The notes: generated by a model from the sequence alone, not told the origin. A DNA stretch of 64,000 bases from Faecousia sp. (GCA_045652345.1 JAZRUE010000051.1:2506-66505), one strand, 5' to 3'; numbered from the stretch's first letter, positions 36,569 to 47,643 are shown. Translations and numbers: made by a program.

Positions 36569-38309
36569 GCTTTACGCCTCCTTTAATAATCAACACGCTG
36601 CCAACGATGGCTATTAATGCAAGCACAGCACAGATACTGATCACAAGAATATCCACACCATTGTCATCTTCCACCTGCACATTTTCTTCTGCAAGATAGG
36701 TGATGCCTGCGCCGTTTGTCCACTTGGCATACACAGTGTTGGACTCTGTTACCACAGCATCAAAATCGTAAGCCGTGCCGTCTGCGGTGCACCAGGACAC
36801 AAAACTGCAGCCATCCAGCACCGGATCAGCAGGCTTCTGTACCTTATAGCCATTTGCCATATCCAGGGTCTGAATCACATCTTTGCTGCCATTGCCGGCA
36901 ACAAATTTCACCTGATAGGTGCCTAAACGCTTAAATTGCTGTGCATTCTGTGCGGTAAAGCCTCTGAACAAGTAATCATAGGTCAGGCTTTCCTCACCCA
37001 GCACGATGGTGATCTGATTGTCCCGGATGCTGTAAGTGCCTTCCAGCTTCTGACCGTTTGCTTCATAAGTAAGGGTCTGATCGGCATAAAGGGTGTAGAT
37101 CGCACCGGTTTCCTGGCAATAATAAACCGCTTCACAGCCGGCATAATCTTCCAGGGCACCGAAGTGCTGGATGCGAACATCCCGGTTGTTGCTCTGTACG
37201 GCCAGGTTATTCTTATTGCCATCATAGATCTTCACATTTTCCAAAATGAAAGAGGTTTTGTCCTCCTGACCCGTACCGAACCACAGAGAGAAGTACTCTG
37301 CATTCTTTTCATACGCGCCGGAAACCAGGGGGAATACCTTGGTGGTGGTCTTGCCGTCCTTGGTGATCTGGGCGTAGGCAGTAAAGCCATGGTTGCCCTT
37401 TTCCAGAACGATCATATACGTTGCACCCACCTGCAGCAGCATGGGGGTCTCCCCTTCTGCCAGGGTCTGGTACTTCAGCATACCATTAGAGTGCGGATAG
37501 GTATTCTTGGGATAGTCAGACAGAGCAATACCGGATTGCTTGCTGACAGAATTTGCTTCTGCCACGGTGTATTCAATATACATTCTGTCCGTTGTCAGAG
37601 GCTTTTCGTTGGAGATGGCCAGATTGACCATATCGTTGGCTTCCACAGTATAGCTGTGATCGATCTGGGTATCTGCCTTCACTTCGTCGCACTTAACCAC
37701 ATTGGCCAGGGATCTGGGAGACCATACGCCCAGGTCCTTGCCGTTGGCATCATAGAAACGCACGTCGGTCAGATGGGCTTCGGTAACGCCATCGCCAAAC
37801 CACAGGCCGAAGTAGCCGTAATTTTTGCCATTGCTTTCTCCGTCAGCGGCCTTTCCTTCGATAACGAAATATTCAGAGGAATTGCCCTTTGCTCTGGCAG
37901 CCAAATAGCGGTAGCCGGATTCTGTAACGGTAAATTTCACAAAGTATGTATAGCCTTCCATCAGCAGCTCGGGAGTTTCTTTTTCAGATTTTCTCTGCTG
38001 ATAATACAGAAGACCGCTTCCCTCGGTATAGGGGAATTGGAGTTCCGGGGCATTGGTGCCCAGGAAGCCGTTTTGAGAGCCGCTGGAGGTAACACTTTCC
38101 ACCGTATAGGTCAAAAAGTACTCCGTACCAACTGTGTTGCCCACCGTTTCCTTGTTGCACAGGAAGGAACTGTGTCTGCCAGTGTAGAAGACCTCATATT
38201 CCTGCTTGGAGACTGTAACCGCTTCCGCCTTCATTGTGCCTACGCCCATGACGCCCACAATACCGAGAAGCATTACAACTGCCATTAGGAATGCCTGGAT
38301 TCGTTTCAT
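36549..38309 (-). CDS. membrane-anchored surface protein with an InlB-B/Flg_new-like repeat
   Basis: Signal peptide, internal duplication (Y.V......G...P...YP...G.L.YQ / F.LWFG), P.DP...G..F..W....YDF...V....VYAKW, and a C-terminal TM. Confidence 0.65.
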   Translation of the reverse strand: MKRIQAFLMAVVMLLGIVGVMGVGTMKAEAVTVSKQEYEVFYTGRHSSFLCNKETVGNTVGTEYFLTYTVESVTSSGSQNGFLGTNAPELQFPYTEGSGLLYYQQRKSEKETPELLMEGYTYFVKFTVTESGYRYLAARAKGNSSEYFVIEGKAADGESNGKNYGYFGLWFGDGVTEAHLTDVRFYDANGKDLGVWSPRSLANVVKCDEVKADTQIDHSYTVEANDMVNLAISNEKPLTTDRMYIEYTVAEANSVSKQSGIALSDYPKNTYPHSNGMLKYQTLAEGETPMLLQVGATYMIVLEKGNHGFTAYAQITKDGKTTTKVFPLVSGAYEKNAEYFSLWFGTGQEDKTSFILENVKIYDGNKNNLAVQSNNRDVRIQHFGALEDYAGCEAVYYCQETGAIYTLYADQTLTYEANGQKLEGTYSIRDNQITIVLGEESLTYDYLFRGFTAQNAQQFKRLGTYQVKFVAGNGSKDVIQTLDMANGYKVQKPADPVLDGCSFVSWCTADGTAYDFDAVVTESNTVYAKWTNGAGITYLAEENVQVEDDNGVDILVISICAVLALIAIVGSVLIIKGGVKRDKNTQ

Positions 38310-38344
38310 ATCAACACGCCTTTCTTTTCAAGTTTCTCGAGAAA

Positions 38345-39961
38345 TTACATAATATTGGCCGTATAGGCCTTGTCCCAGAAGCCGTAAAGCAGAGGTTTTT
38401 GGCAGAAGACATCGCCGTTTCCTTCAAAGTCCAGGCGCTTTTCCTCCAACTCCTCAATTTGCTGTACTTCCCCGGCTGCAAAGGCCATCAGTCGCTGCCT
38501 GCAATGGCAAATGCGCTGCTTCAGGCCGCCAATGCGCATGTCCTGCACCTCAAAGCCAAAGCCTTTGTTTTCTATGTGCCACTGTTTGCGGTAGGCCTCA
38601 TAAAACACTTCCAGTTTTTCTTCCACTGCTTCATAGTCTTTGATGACCGCCTGCAAAGCCTGCAGATCCTTGCTGTGGTAGGCCGTCCGGGTTCTTTCTC
38701 CCAAGCCTGCCTTGATGCAGAGTACCTCGCTTAGAGCCTTTTGGGTCTCAAACAGGTATCCGTACCGGTGATCCGTGGAGACCTGACTTAACTTTTCGGC
38801 GCACAGAGCGTAGGAATCGCCCTCTGTTCCGTCCAATGTGGAATCCATCAGGCCAATAAAGGGATCGTTATACAATAAATATTTATCTGCGGTATATAGA
38901 CCCATATCCCGCCCGTTGGGACTGTCCGGCAGATCCAGCAGCATGTAATGCTCCCAGGAAATGCCATACTTCTCTTCAAAGGCTTTATGGATCTGCGCTT
39001 CGTCCGTAATGCCCTTATAAAGCTGCGCCGCATAGAAAAGGGACGGCAGCAGAGCATACTTGGAACATTCCGAGCCGTTATCTCCCCAAATAGCGAAGAA
39101 TAGATCCCTCACTTCATTCATTTCACAGGCGGTTATAACAGACTTAATGTGCTGGAGGCTGTACTTGTTTCGGGGGGTCAGCGCCAGCCAGGAGCGAAAT
39201 GCGCCGGTATACCAGCAGTTTTCTCGGATGCGATTGTGGGACTTGATCCGTCCATCGTAAAATTCCACAGTAGGCTTATCATATTCCCAGCAGACGATCT
39301 CCACATTGTCGGGGATCTGCTGGCAAATGGTTCTGTCAAAGTCCTCCGGAAGATTTTCGTGCTTGCCGGGGCCCATAAGAGAGTGGAACATATCGCCCCA
39401 AACCAAAATAGTCTTATCATACTTCTTAGCAATTTCCGCTACCCGCTTGATGTGGGAAACGAACATTTCAGCCACATTGCAAATGCCGTGGATATCCTGG
39501 TATTTGCCTCTGCCCAGGCCAACGGCTTCATCCATACCCACGTGGACATACTTGGAAGTGTGGGTCAGACAAACAGTTTTAAACATATCCTCGATCAGTG
39601 CATAAACTCTCTCGTCCCCCACCAGAAGGAAATCCTTTTGGTCGATCATAGGTAAGTAAGCAGGCCAACGGGTAATACCGTTCAAATGGGCAAGGGTCTG
39701 AATGTTGGGAATCAGTTCCATGCCCTTGGATTGGCAATAGGCATTGATTTCCTGCATCTGCGTGATGCTGTATCTACCACGCATATAGCCGAAATAAGGC
39801 TGATTAACTACCTCATAGGTATCCTCCGTGTAGAGCATCAGCATATTGTAGCCAAGATCTGCAGTCAGATCGATCCACTGCTTCACACTGTCCACAGTCA
39901 TCACCGCATTTCTGGAGCAATCCAGCATGGTGCCAAACCAGCGGCGTTCTGTTTTTTTCAT
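38345..39961 (-). CDS. GH20 beta-N-acetylhexosaminidase (cytoplasmic)
   Basis: MLDCSRNAV, YTEDTY, IQTLAH, catalytic HVGMDEA, WGDM and WGDNG motifs. Confidence 0.9.
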   Translation of the reverse strand: MKKTERRWFGTMLDCSRNAVMTVDSVKQWIDLTADLGYNMLMLYTEDTYEVVNQPYFGYMRGRYSITQMQEINAYCQSKGMELIPNIQTLAHLNGITRWPAYLPMIDQKDFLLVGDERVYALIEDMFKTVCLTHTSKYVHVGMDEAVGLGRGKYQDIHGICNVAEMFVSHIKRVAEIAKKYDKTILVWGDMFHSLMGPGKHENLPEDFDRTICQQIPDNVEIVCWEYDKPTVEFYDGRIKSHNRIRENCWYTGAFRSWLALTPRNKYSLQHIKSVITACEMNEVRDLFFAIWGDNGSECSKYALLPSLFYAAQLYKGITDEAQIHKAFEEKYGISWEHYMLLDLPDSPNGRDMGLYTADKYLLYNDPFIGLMDSTLDGTEGDSYALCAEKLSQVSTDHRYGYLFETQKALSEVLCIKAGLGERTRTAYHSKDLQALQAVIKDYEAVEEKLEVFYEAYRKQWHIENKGFGFEVQDMRIGGLKQRICHCRQRLMAFAAGEVQQIEELEEKRLDFEGNGDVFCQKPLLYGFWDKAYTANIM

Positions 39962-40044
39962 AAATTATCGCACCCTTCCGTCGGTGATTTCTTTTTATCC
40001 TTGTGCAAGTGGCTTGCAACAAACCACTTGCACAAATCTAAAAA

Positions 40045-40283
40045 GGGGTAGCCAGAGCCCACAAAAGCCGATAAGACAAGCAACTCGACCCCGAAGTGTA
40101 TATAGATACTCGAGAGGGGAGAGTTTCGCAGTAAGTCAAAATGCCTTGCGAAGCAAGTTTTTGCCCCTCAGCCATCAAAAATCAGAGATTTTTGCCATGC
40201 CCCCTTAGGGAGAAGTCTTTAAGGGAATCAAAATTCGCTATGTTGCATTTTGACGGTTAGCAGCTTTGGTGGGTTCTGCCCCT
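40045..40283. repeat. second copy of the structured intergenic element, with different termini
   Basis: About 85 bp near-identical to 22225-22309, plus TTGCATTTTGACGGTT. Inverted ends CAGAGCCCACAAAAGC / GCTTTGGTGGGTTCTG. Confidence 0.7.
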
Positions 40284-40344
40284 CCCAGCGGCTTTCACCG
40301 CTGGGAGGGGGGTGCCTGGCAGCCAGGCAAGAGGTGGGTAGGGA

Positions 40345-43300
40345 TTATTGAGCAGCAGCCAGTGCTTCTGCTGCCAAATAGTAGTTGTAAAGTGCCTTCA
40401 TCAGAGGACGCATATGCTCCGTACCCTTTTGGCTCATACGAATGATATAGGTCATGGGGCTATAGGAGAAGGACAAGGTATCATTTACAGTTACCGTGAT
40501 GGTATTTTCCAGATCCTGGGGATTGATGCCCTGCACTTCAATGTAGACATTCTCGGTGGTTACGACCGGCTTATAGGTCACACCGTTGGCCTTAAAGGTG
40601 TAGTTTGCCACATCGCCGGTCACCTTGAAGTAATAGCGCACAGCGATCTTGTTGCGGAACACCAGGGAAGCACCTTGGGCACTGATGCCCTCCACAGTAC
40701 CTTCCACTTCCACAGGCGCAGCCACCTGCGGTACTTCTTCCTTGCCCACTTCCGCAGGATCAAGGTCTTTGTTTGCAAGGTTGTCTGTGTTGTAGCCAAA
40801 ATAGGTCTGGGCATAGCCGCCGTAGTTCAGCATTTCCTTTACCATGGGATGATACTGGCTCATTTCTTCATCTGCCAGCACGCTCTGGGCATATTCCAAA
40901 ACGGTGAAGGTCTGCTCCTCAGACTTGTCATTGCCGTTTACCACCTGAACGGTGATGGTATCGTTCATCTGGATAGCGGATACATTGACAGACACCTCTT
41001 CCTTGGCACTTTGGGTGGTAGTCTTACCGCTAACGGTAATCACCACCTGGGCAGTTTCAGCGATGGTTTCATCCACATCCAGCTTGAAGTTCATGCTCAG
41101 ATCATCGCGCAGGGTCACGCCGTATTCGTTAACAGCGGCCAGCTTGGGGATCTCTTCGGTGATCTTGTTGCCGCAAGCGCAGCTTCTTTCCTTCTGACCT
41201 ACATCGGCCAGAGTTGCGTCTTTGGTTACCACCCAATCACCGTGAGCGTGGGTGTGCAGAGTTTCCAGCACCACCAGCACACCTGCACCGGCAGGAACGG
41301 TAAGGGCAATGCTGTTGCCCTGGCCGGAGGTCTTGACGGCATCGGCGATGGTGTAATACTTAGCATTATCGTTGAGGGTCAGCGTGATGGTCTGGCTATT
41401 GGTTCTACTGTAGTTGACTACATAGTAGGCTTCGTAGCCCTGATAGTTGAAGCAGCCAACCATAGCATCGCCACCGGAAACATTATTCAGAATTTCGGTG
41501 TAGGTGGTGCCGCGCTTCAGAATACCGGTGAAGGTATGATTGCGGCCCAGAACGGAAGCTGCGGTAGACACATCTGTGTTTGCCTGACCGGTGACGATCA
41601 CACCGGTGCTCTGGGCATTCATCAGCACATGGTCGATGGCTGCGATCTGGTTGTTGGCCTTCTGCACCATTGCGTAATTGCGGTTTGCTGCATTATTCGC
41701 ACCGATGATGCCGTTTCTGTCGTAATCGTGGCCGGTATCGCTGGTACTATCATAACTGAAATGTTCGGGCTGGAGAAGCGGGAAATATTGGATGCCCTTT
41801 GCGCCGAAGGCCAAAGAGGTATTCACGATCCACAAAGTATCTGCCTCGGTGTAGTAGCCCATCGTAGCAGCATCGCTGCCATCATCCCGGTAGTCCGAGC
41901 CGGCCTGCACGAAGGACCAGAAGGGCTTATCCTGCTCAATGGAAATCTGACGGATGGTATCCAAAGATTCCAAATAGGACAAGAGTCTATTGATCTTCAG
42001 CAAGGGATAGGTGTTATCTTCGAAATACAGATAGGTATCAAAAGACAGTACATCCACATCTGCGCCGATTTTGCTTGCATAGTCATAGAACTTGCCGTCA
42101 TCCACAGATTGGCTACCGTGCATATTCACATAATTTGTGATATTCACATAAGGCTTCAATGCCTGTGTCAACTGGCTATAGTAGTTATAGCGCTTGAAGT
42201 AGGTATCTGCGTATTCGCTGTGGGTGCCCCAGTCGTTAGCGCCCTTGGGCTCGTCCACGATATTGATGCCCAGGAAGGAATCATAGTTGCTGTAAGCGCC
42301 CATATTGGCTGCCAGCTCCTCAGGGGAAGTAACCACAGTATGACCGGTCACATTGCCGTTTTCATCCCTTTCGATCACATTGAGCGCATTGTCGGAAACG
42401 AACATGCCGATGCCGTACTTTTCTGCCAGGGCAAGAGCCTGCTGCACACGGTTTGGATCGCTAGCTGCATCTGCAGGGGTGTAAGTGATCAGGTTGATGC
42501 CGCTTTCCTTAATCAAGGAGAACATACCATCGGTGATAGTTGCATCAGAGTAAGGACCGTAGAAGCCGCCAATGGGCATCACATCCTTGCCACCCAGGTA
42601 GTCATAGCTCAGGCTGTCGGTGTGGTACTTAGAAAGGAGTTCGTCCTTCTTGGTCACATCGCTGCGGATCTGCACAATAATGTTGTAGTCCGCCTCGTCC
42701 ACCTCGCCGTCATTATTCAGGTCAGCAGCCTTCATGGCGGCTTTCATAGGTGTGCCGTAATCCACGATGCCCTTCAGTGCATGGGAATCCTTCCAAACAG
42801 GATCGCCGGCTTCAAAGGCGCTGCCATCCAGGTTCACGTCGCCCAGATAGTAGAGGGATACCAGCTTGCTGTCGGCAATCTTGCCGTCTACGATCCGCTC
42901 GATCACATAATCGTTGGGAGCAGCCAGGGCTGTGCCGGAGGGCATCTTCTTACCGTTGACATAGAAGTAATCTGCGCCGGTCAGCAGGTATGCGCCCTTG
43001 GAAAGGTCATAAGCCACCTCTTCACGGGCATTGCCCACTGCAGGCATTCTCACCACGGTAGCAGCGGTGCCGGTGCCACGGATACCCATGAACTTTACTG
43101 TTCTGACCGTAGCTTCAGTGAAGGTGAGCTTTGCTACATACTGATCGTTGTACCAGAACTGCATGATCACCTTCTGGCCGCTGCCGGAAGGCTCGATATC
43201 CGTTCTGATCTTCAGATTGAACATCTGGCCTGCAGTATAACCCAAAGTACCTAATCCCAGAGTCACAGCACTGCCGCCTGTACCGCCGTTCACCGGAGTG

Positions 43301-45915
43301 ATCTTCAGGTTGGTGTCTACCAATTCAAACTGGTAACGGTCAGTACCCCAGAAGGTATTTTCAGACATCAGATAAGTCAGGAAACAACCTGCGGTGCTCT
43401 GCACATCCATATCCAGATAGGTCTTGTGCAGGCTGGTGCCGGTGTATTCACCGGCTCTGGCGCTAAGATAGGTGGTGCCGCTTTCGGCTCTGGCAGCGCC
43501 CAGACCGTTCACATCTTCCAGGGTCACTCTGGTGTAGCCTTCCAGCTGCTCTTCAATAATTCTGGGAGAGCGGAAAGTAACCTTGGAAGGAGCAAGAGAA
43601 CAAGTAACCCAAATAGCTGCTCTGGAAGCGCCGGTTCTGGTTTCTGTGTGGATACCGCTGTAAGCCAGCTGATCGTTCAGCCACAGCTGCAGCTTCACGG
43701 TCTGCGAGGTGGTATTTTCGCCAATAATTTCGGTGGCGATCTTCACATTGAACCAGTCGCTGGGACCGGAAATACCGTAGTCAGCAGCCACAATATTGGC
43801 GTTCAACGCCACAACACTGCTGCCGTTTCTGTAGTTGAAGAAATCCAAAGTGGTTGCGTTGATCCAACCCAGGACATAACTGTCTGTCCACTGGCCGGAA
43901 GCCTGGTAACGGAAGTTAGCCTGACCTCTTCCGGTAGTTGCGACGCCGCCGAAGTTCACGTCCACATCCAGATAGGTCTTGTTGAAGCTGCTGACCAAAG
44001 CGTTGATAGATTTGGCGTTGGCAACGTCAACCTCGCCCCGGATGTTCATATTGCAGTCATACTCATCCAAAGTAATGGGGGTGTAGCCATCCAGTGCCTC
44101 TTCCAAAGTGGGGGCAGGAGAGCGCAGCATAATGGTATTGCTGCCATAGACGCTGGCAAAAACGCCTGTTCTGGAAGCACCGTTTCTGGTTTCCTCAAAG
44201 GTGCCGATGTAAGCCAGCTTGTCATTCAGCCACAGCTGCAGCGTGACTGTCTGATGGTTTGCATTGTCAGGATCTACGGTAATATCCGTAGCGATCTTCA
44301 CATTGAACCAATCGCTGGGGCCGGAAATGCCATAGTCCGCAGCGAGGATGTTTTCTGCCAAAGGCGTGACGGTGCTGCCGTTTCTGTAGCTAAAGAAGTC
44401 CAGGGTCGTTTCGCTGGTCCAGCCCAGGGCATAGTTGTCGGTCCACTTGCCGGAGGACTGATAACGAATGTTGGAAGCACCTCTCTGACCGTATGTGCCA
44501 TTAAAGTTCACATCCACATCCAGGTAGGTCTTATTAAAGTCAACAAAGTGGGTATTGATAGAGCCGCCGTTGGCAAGGCTTGTAACAAAATTGCCATCCT
44601 CAATGGTCTTTGTGCCGTCGTAGTCCTCCAGAGTGATGGAAGTGTAGCCCTTCAGTTCCTCATTGACATCCATAGGTACCCGGGCAGAAATAGCGGAACT
44701 GGTATTGACGAAGATCTTGTTGCGGGTCGCGGCGGCATTTACTTCCTCAACAGTGTAAGTAAATGCAAGCTTGTCATTCAGATACAGCTCCAAACTGACC
44801 GTCTGCTTGGTTGCATCGGTTGCATTGGGTGTAACATCCATCTTCAGCTTCACATTGAACCAATCACTAGGGCCGGAAATGCCAAAATCTGCAATATTCT
44901 GTACACGGCCAAGAATGGTGTGGGCCTGTGCATTGTCATACCGCCAAATAATCAGCTGACCGGTGGTTTCCCATGCCAGGTTATAGCTATCCTTATATCT
45001 GTCGGAGGCATAGAAACGTACCATGTTGGTATTCCAGCCCACATTGCCGTTGTAGTTCAGGTCTACATCGATATAGGTGCCATCGAAGCCTGCCTCACCT
45101 TGATGGGTCAACTGCGCACCGTTGGCCAGGGAAGCGGTGAGGGCGCTGTTCATGGTGGCATTGTAGTCAGACAGGACGATCCGCTGGTAGCCTGCAAAGG
45201 GATCTACAGGAACTTCTTCCTGCTTTTCGCCGGGAGTCTTTATCGCAAGGGTCTTGCCTGCGGTAATCTGTGCGCACAGACCCATTCTTTCGTGGGCGGT
45301 TTCTTCAAAAGAGCCTTCACACACAAACTTATCGTTCAGCCAGAACTGATAGGTAATGACTTCATTGTTTTCATCGGTTTCCGATTGCCGGATATCGGTG
45401 AGGATCTTCACGTTGAAGTCAGAAGCCGCACTTTCAATGCCGTAGTCGCTGGCCTTAAGGGTTTGGGTAGGAACTACGGTGTTGAGCTTTGTGGCCATAT
45501 CCTGATAGCCGAACTCAACATAATTCTCACCATACTGGTCTGCGTACAAGCGAAGTGTAAATGCGCCTTCGTAAATGCTGCCGGTATCCCGGTTGCCCAG
45601 ATATCTCAGATAATGGGCTGTGGAGGCTTCCCCGAAGTTCACATCCACATCCAGGTAGTTTTTGCCGTTGTAGTTACCTACATAGTTGGTCTTACTACCT
45701 ATTTCCAACTGGAACTTGGTTCCCAGTCTTTCATTGGAGAAGGATTCAAAATCCTTGGGGAGAATACGGTTATGGCCTTCCAGCTCCTCAGCCAGGACTT
45801 TGGTTTCCTCTTCTACAGCCTTTACGGGCAGTTGAATCATACCCGTCAAGCCAAACACCAAAGTCAAAACCAGGAGCATAGAAAGAATTTTCTTGCCATG
45901 GGATTGCTTTTTCAT
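40345..45915 (-). CDS. giant secreted modular hydrolase: ~5 tandem beta modules, dockerin-like domain, GH-like TIM barrel and C-terminal domain
   Basis: Signal peptide, repeats (Y..ITL.DY...KTYLDVDVNF...WFNVKI...LWLND.L), GDVNLDG...ADLNNDGEVDEAD, and a catalytic-like domain paralogous to 30254-31672. Confidence 0.75.
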   Translation of the reverse strand: MKKQSHGKKILSMLLVLTLVFGLTGMIQLPVKAVEEETKVLAEELEGHNRILPKDFESFSNERLGTKFQLEIGSKTNYVGNYNGKNYLDVDVNFGEASTAHYLRYLGNRDTGSIYEGAFTLRLYADQYGENYVEFGYQDMATKLNTVVPTQTLKASDYGIESAASDFNVKILTDIRQSETDENNEVITYQFWLNDKFVCEGSFEETAHERMGLCAQITAGKTLAIKTPGEKQEEVPVDPFAGYQRIVLSDYNATMNSALTASLANGAQLTHQGEAGFDGTYIDVDLNYNGNVGWNTNMVRFYASDRYKDSYNLAWETTGQLIIWRYDNAQAHTILGRVQNIADFGISGPSDWFNVKLKMDVTPNATDATKQTVSLELYLNDKLAFTYTVEEVNAAATRNKIFVNTSSAISARVPMDVNEELKGYTSITLEDYDGTKTIEDGNFVTSLANGGSINTHFVDFNKTYLDVDVNFNGTYGQRGASNIRYQSSGKWTDNYALGWTSETTLDFFSYRNGSTVTPLAENILAADYGISGPSDWFNVKIATDITVDPDNANHQTVTLQLWLNDKLAYIGTFEETRNGASRTGVFASVYGSNTIMLRSPAPTLEEALDGYTPITLDEYDCNMNIRGEVDVANAKSINALVSSFNKTYLDVDVNFGGVATTGRGQANFRYQASGQWTDSYVLGWINATTLDFFNYRNGSSVVALNANIVAADYGISGPSDWFNVKIATEIIGENTTSQTVKLQLWLNDQLAYSGIHTETRTGASRAAIWVTCSLAPSKVTFRSPRIIEEQLEGYTRVTLEDVNGLGAARAESGTTYLSARAGEYTGTSLHKTYLDMDVQSTAGCFLTYLMSENTFWGTDRYQFELVDTNLKITPVNGGTGGSAVTLGLGTLGYTAGQMFNLKIRTDIEPSGSGQKVIMQFWYNDQYVAKLTFTEATVRTVKFMGIRGTGTAATVVRMPAVGNAREEVAYDLSKGAYLLTGADYFYVNGKKMPSGTALAAPNDYVIERIVDGKIADSKLVSLYYLGDVNLDGSAFEAGDPVWKDSHALKGIVDYGTPMKAAMKAADLNNDGEVDEADYNIIVQIRSDVTKKDELLSKYHTDSLSYDYLGGKDVMPIGGFYGPYSDATITDGMFSLIKESGINLITYTPADAASDPNRVQQALALAEKYGIGMFVSDNALNVIERDENGNVTGHTVVTSPEELAANMGAYSNYDSFLGINIVDEPKGANDWGTHSEYADTYFKRYNYYSQLTQALKPYVNITNYVNMHGSQSVDDGKFYDYASKIGADVDVLSFDTYLYFEDNTYPLLKINRLLSYLESLDTIRQISIEQDKPFWSFVQAGSDYRDDGSDAATMGYYTEADTLWIVNTSLAFGAKGIQYFPLLQPEHFSYDSTSDTGHDYDRNGIIGANNAANRNYAMVQKANNQIAAIDHVLMNAQSTGVIVTGQANTDVSTAASVLGRNHTFTGILKRGTTYTEILNNVSGGDAMVGCFNYQGYEAYYVVNYSRTNSQTITLTLNDNAKYYTIADAVKTSGQGNSIALTVPAGAGVLVVLETLHTHAHGDWVVTKDATLADVGQKERSCACGNKITEEIPKLAAVNEYGVTLRDDLSMNFKLDVDETIAETAQVVITVSGKTTTQSAKEEVSVNVSAIQMNDTITVQVVNGNDKSEEQTFTVLEYAQSVLADEEMSQYHPMVKEMLNYGGYAQTYFGYNTDNLANKDLDPAEVGKEEVPQVAAPVEVEGTVEGISAQGASLVFRNKIAVRYYFKVTGDVANYTFKANGVTYKPVVTTENVYIEVQGINPQDLENTITVTVNDTLSFSYSPMTYIIRMSQKGTEHMRPLMKALYNYYLAAEALAAAQ

Positions 45916-45980
45916 AATTTGCGCTTCCTTTCATGGTTATTTATTACGATCTTGTCTGCAGACAAGATAATATACAAAAC

Positions 45981-46649
45981 TTACTCGCCCAGGAGTTCTC
46001 TGAATCTGCGGATGTTTTCCGCGGTGGATGCGCCCGGCGCATAAACGCTGGAGGTTCCGCAGACGAAGATGTTTGCGCCGGCATCGTGCATGGGCTTTGC
46101 ATTTTCAAAGCTCACATTGCCGTCCACTTCGATCTCAAGGTGACCATAGCCCTCTGCGTCCAGGTAATCCCGGAGGTTTTTGATTTTCTTCAGCGTGGAC
46201 TGCACCAGCTTCTGACCGGCAAAGCCGGGATTTACGGTCATCACCAGCACGCCATCAATGTCATCCAGCACAGAGTCCAGCGCGCTGATGGGAGTTGCGG
46301 GATTGATGGCCACAAGGGCTTTTGCGCCCCTTGCACGGATGGCCGCCAAAGCTTTCTGCAGGTGGCGGGTGGCTTCAAAGTGTACCGACACATAGTCCCC
46401 TTCTCCGAAGGTAAACCATTCCAGTTTCTTCTCCGGCTCTTCGATCATCAGATGGATATCCAGGGGAATATGGGTCTTGGCCTTTAATTCCTTCACAAAG
46501 TTGGTGCCCAGAGTGTAATTTTGCACGAAGCTGCCGTCCATAATGTCGATATGGACCAGTTCGATGTTGTTTTTCTCCATGTCCGCCACATAGTTTGCCA
46601 CTTCATAGGCAGGGGCGCACATAATGGAGGGTGCGATCTTGTTAGTCAT
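45981..46649 (-). CDS. ribulose-phosphate 3-epimerase family (Rpe/AlsE-like)
   Basis: APSI, HIDIMDG.FV, D.HLM, MTVNPGF.GQ and IEVDG motifs. Confidence 0.88.
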   Translation of the reverse strand: MTNKIAPSIMCAPAYEVANYVADMEKNNIELVHIDIMDGSFVQNYTLGTNFVKELKAKTHIPLDIHLMIEEPEKKLEWFTFGEGDYVSVHFEATRHLQKALAAIRARGAKALVAINPATPISALDSVLDDIDGVLVMTVNPGFAGQKLVQSTLKKIKNLRDYLDAEGYGHLEIEVDGNVSFENAKPMHDAGANIFVCGTSSVYAPGASTAENIRRFRELLGE

Positions 46650-47643
46650 CTGCATTCCCTCCCATTTCCAGCATGACCTTATTGAAAAACTCTGTTCTGT
46701 TTTTCATCATTTCAAAGGCCTCGTTGCACTGTGCCAGGGGGAACACGTGGGTGATCAGGGGCTTGACATCAATTTTGCCCTCTGCCATAGCCTTCAGGCT
46801 TTCCACCCAGTCGTTTTGCTGGGGATTATAAGAGGAATTCCATGTGCCGTAAACCGTCAATTCTTTTCTAAGAATGTGCCAGTAGGTATTTTGAGACAGG
46901 CAAACCTCTTTAGAGGGGTTGCCCATCAGCACCATTCTGCCGCCGGGAGCAACGGCCTCCAGGCACTTGCTGAGTGCATCGGCAAAGCCGGTGCCTTCCA
47001 GAACACAATGGATATGTACATCTTTTTCATACTGCTTGAAGCCAAGGCTCTTGCAGAAATCGATCTTCCGGTCGTCCACATCGAAGTAGTAGACATCCTC
47101 TGCGCCAAAGGCCTTCGCCCACTGACCCACAAGAATGCCGATGGGGCCTGCACCGGAAACCAAAAGGTTTTCGCCGGGCTGGATATTCAGCTTGCAAACC
47201 GCGTGCCGTGCCACAGAAGCAGGCTCGCACATTGCCGCTTCCCGGTAGCTTACATTGTCCGCCACCGGCAGGATATTCCATCTTTTTACTGCAAGATACT
47301 CGCTCATACCGCCGTCTCTTCTGGAGCCGTAGTAATCATAGTTTTCGCAGGTGGCATAATTTCCTGCCTTGCAGCTGTCGCACTCAAAACAGGGCAGCAA
47401 CGGAAATACCGCCACCTTTTTCCCCGTCAGTTCCTTGGTTGGGTCCATGACCACCTTGCCGGAAAACTCATGTCCGATCACCAGGGGGAAGCTGTATGTA
47501 CCCTTTGTATAAACACGGGGAATGTCGCTGCCGCAGATGCCACAGTTGACCACCTGCACCAAAACCTCGTCATCTGCGCAGGCAGGCATCTGTATCTCTT
47601 CATACCGCAAATCATTAATGCCGTGTAAATTTGCACATTTCAC
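46642..47643 (-). CDS. Zn-dependent polyol(-phosphate) dehydrogenase, galactitol-1-phosphate 5-dehydrogenase-like
   Basis: CGICGSD, GHEFSG, C..C..C...C and GAGPIG motifs. GTG start. Confidence 0.85.
   Translation of the reverse strand: MKCANLHGINDLRYEEIQMPACADDEVLVQVVNCGICGSDIPRVYTKGTYSFPLVIGHEFSGKVVMDPTKELTGKKVAVFPLLPCFECDSCKAGNYATCENYDYYGSRRDGGMSEYLAVKRWNILPVADNVSYREAAMCEPASVARHAVCKLNIQPGENLLVSGAGPIGILVGQWAKAFGAEDVYYFDVDDRKIDFCKSLGFKQYEKDVHIHCVLEGTGFADALSKCLEAVAPGGRMVLMGNPSKEVCLSQNTYWHILRKELTVYGTWNSSYNPQQNDWVESLKAMAEGKIDVKPLITHVFPLAQCNEAFEMMKNRTEFFNKVMLEMGGNADD

Noticed and set aside
40348-46044. Very long plus-strand ORFs (968 and 872 aa), and similar ones at 25189, 33191, 55774 and 62308
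   Set aside because: They are antisense shadows of codon-biased minus-strand genes, with no RBS or recognisable motifs.
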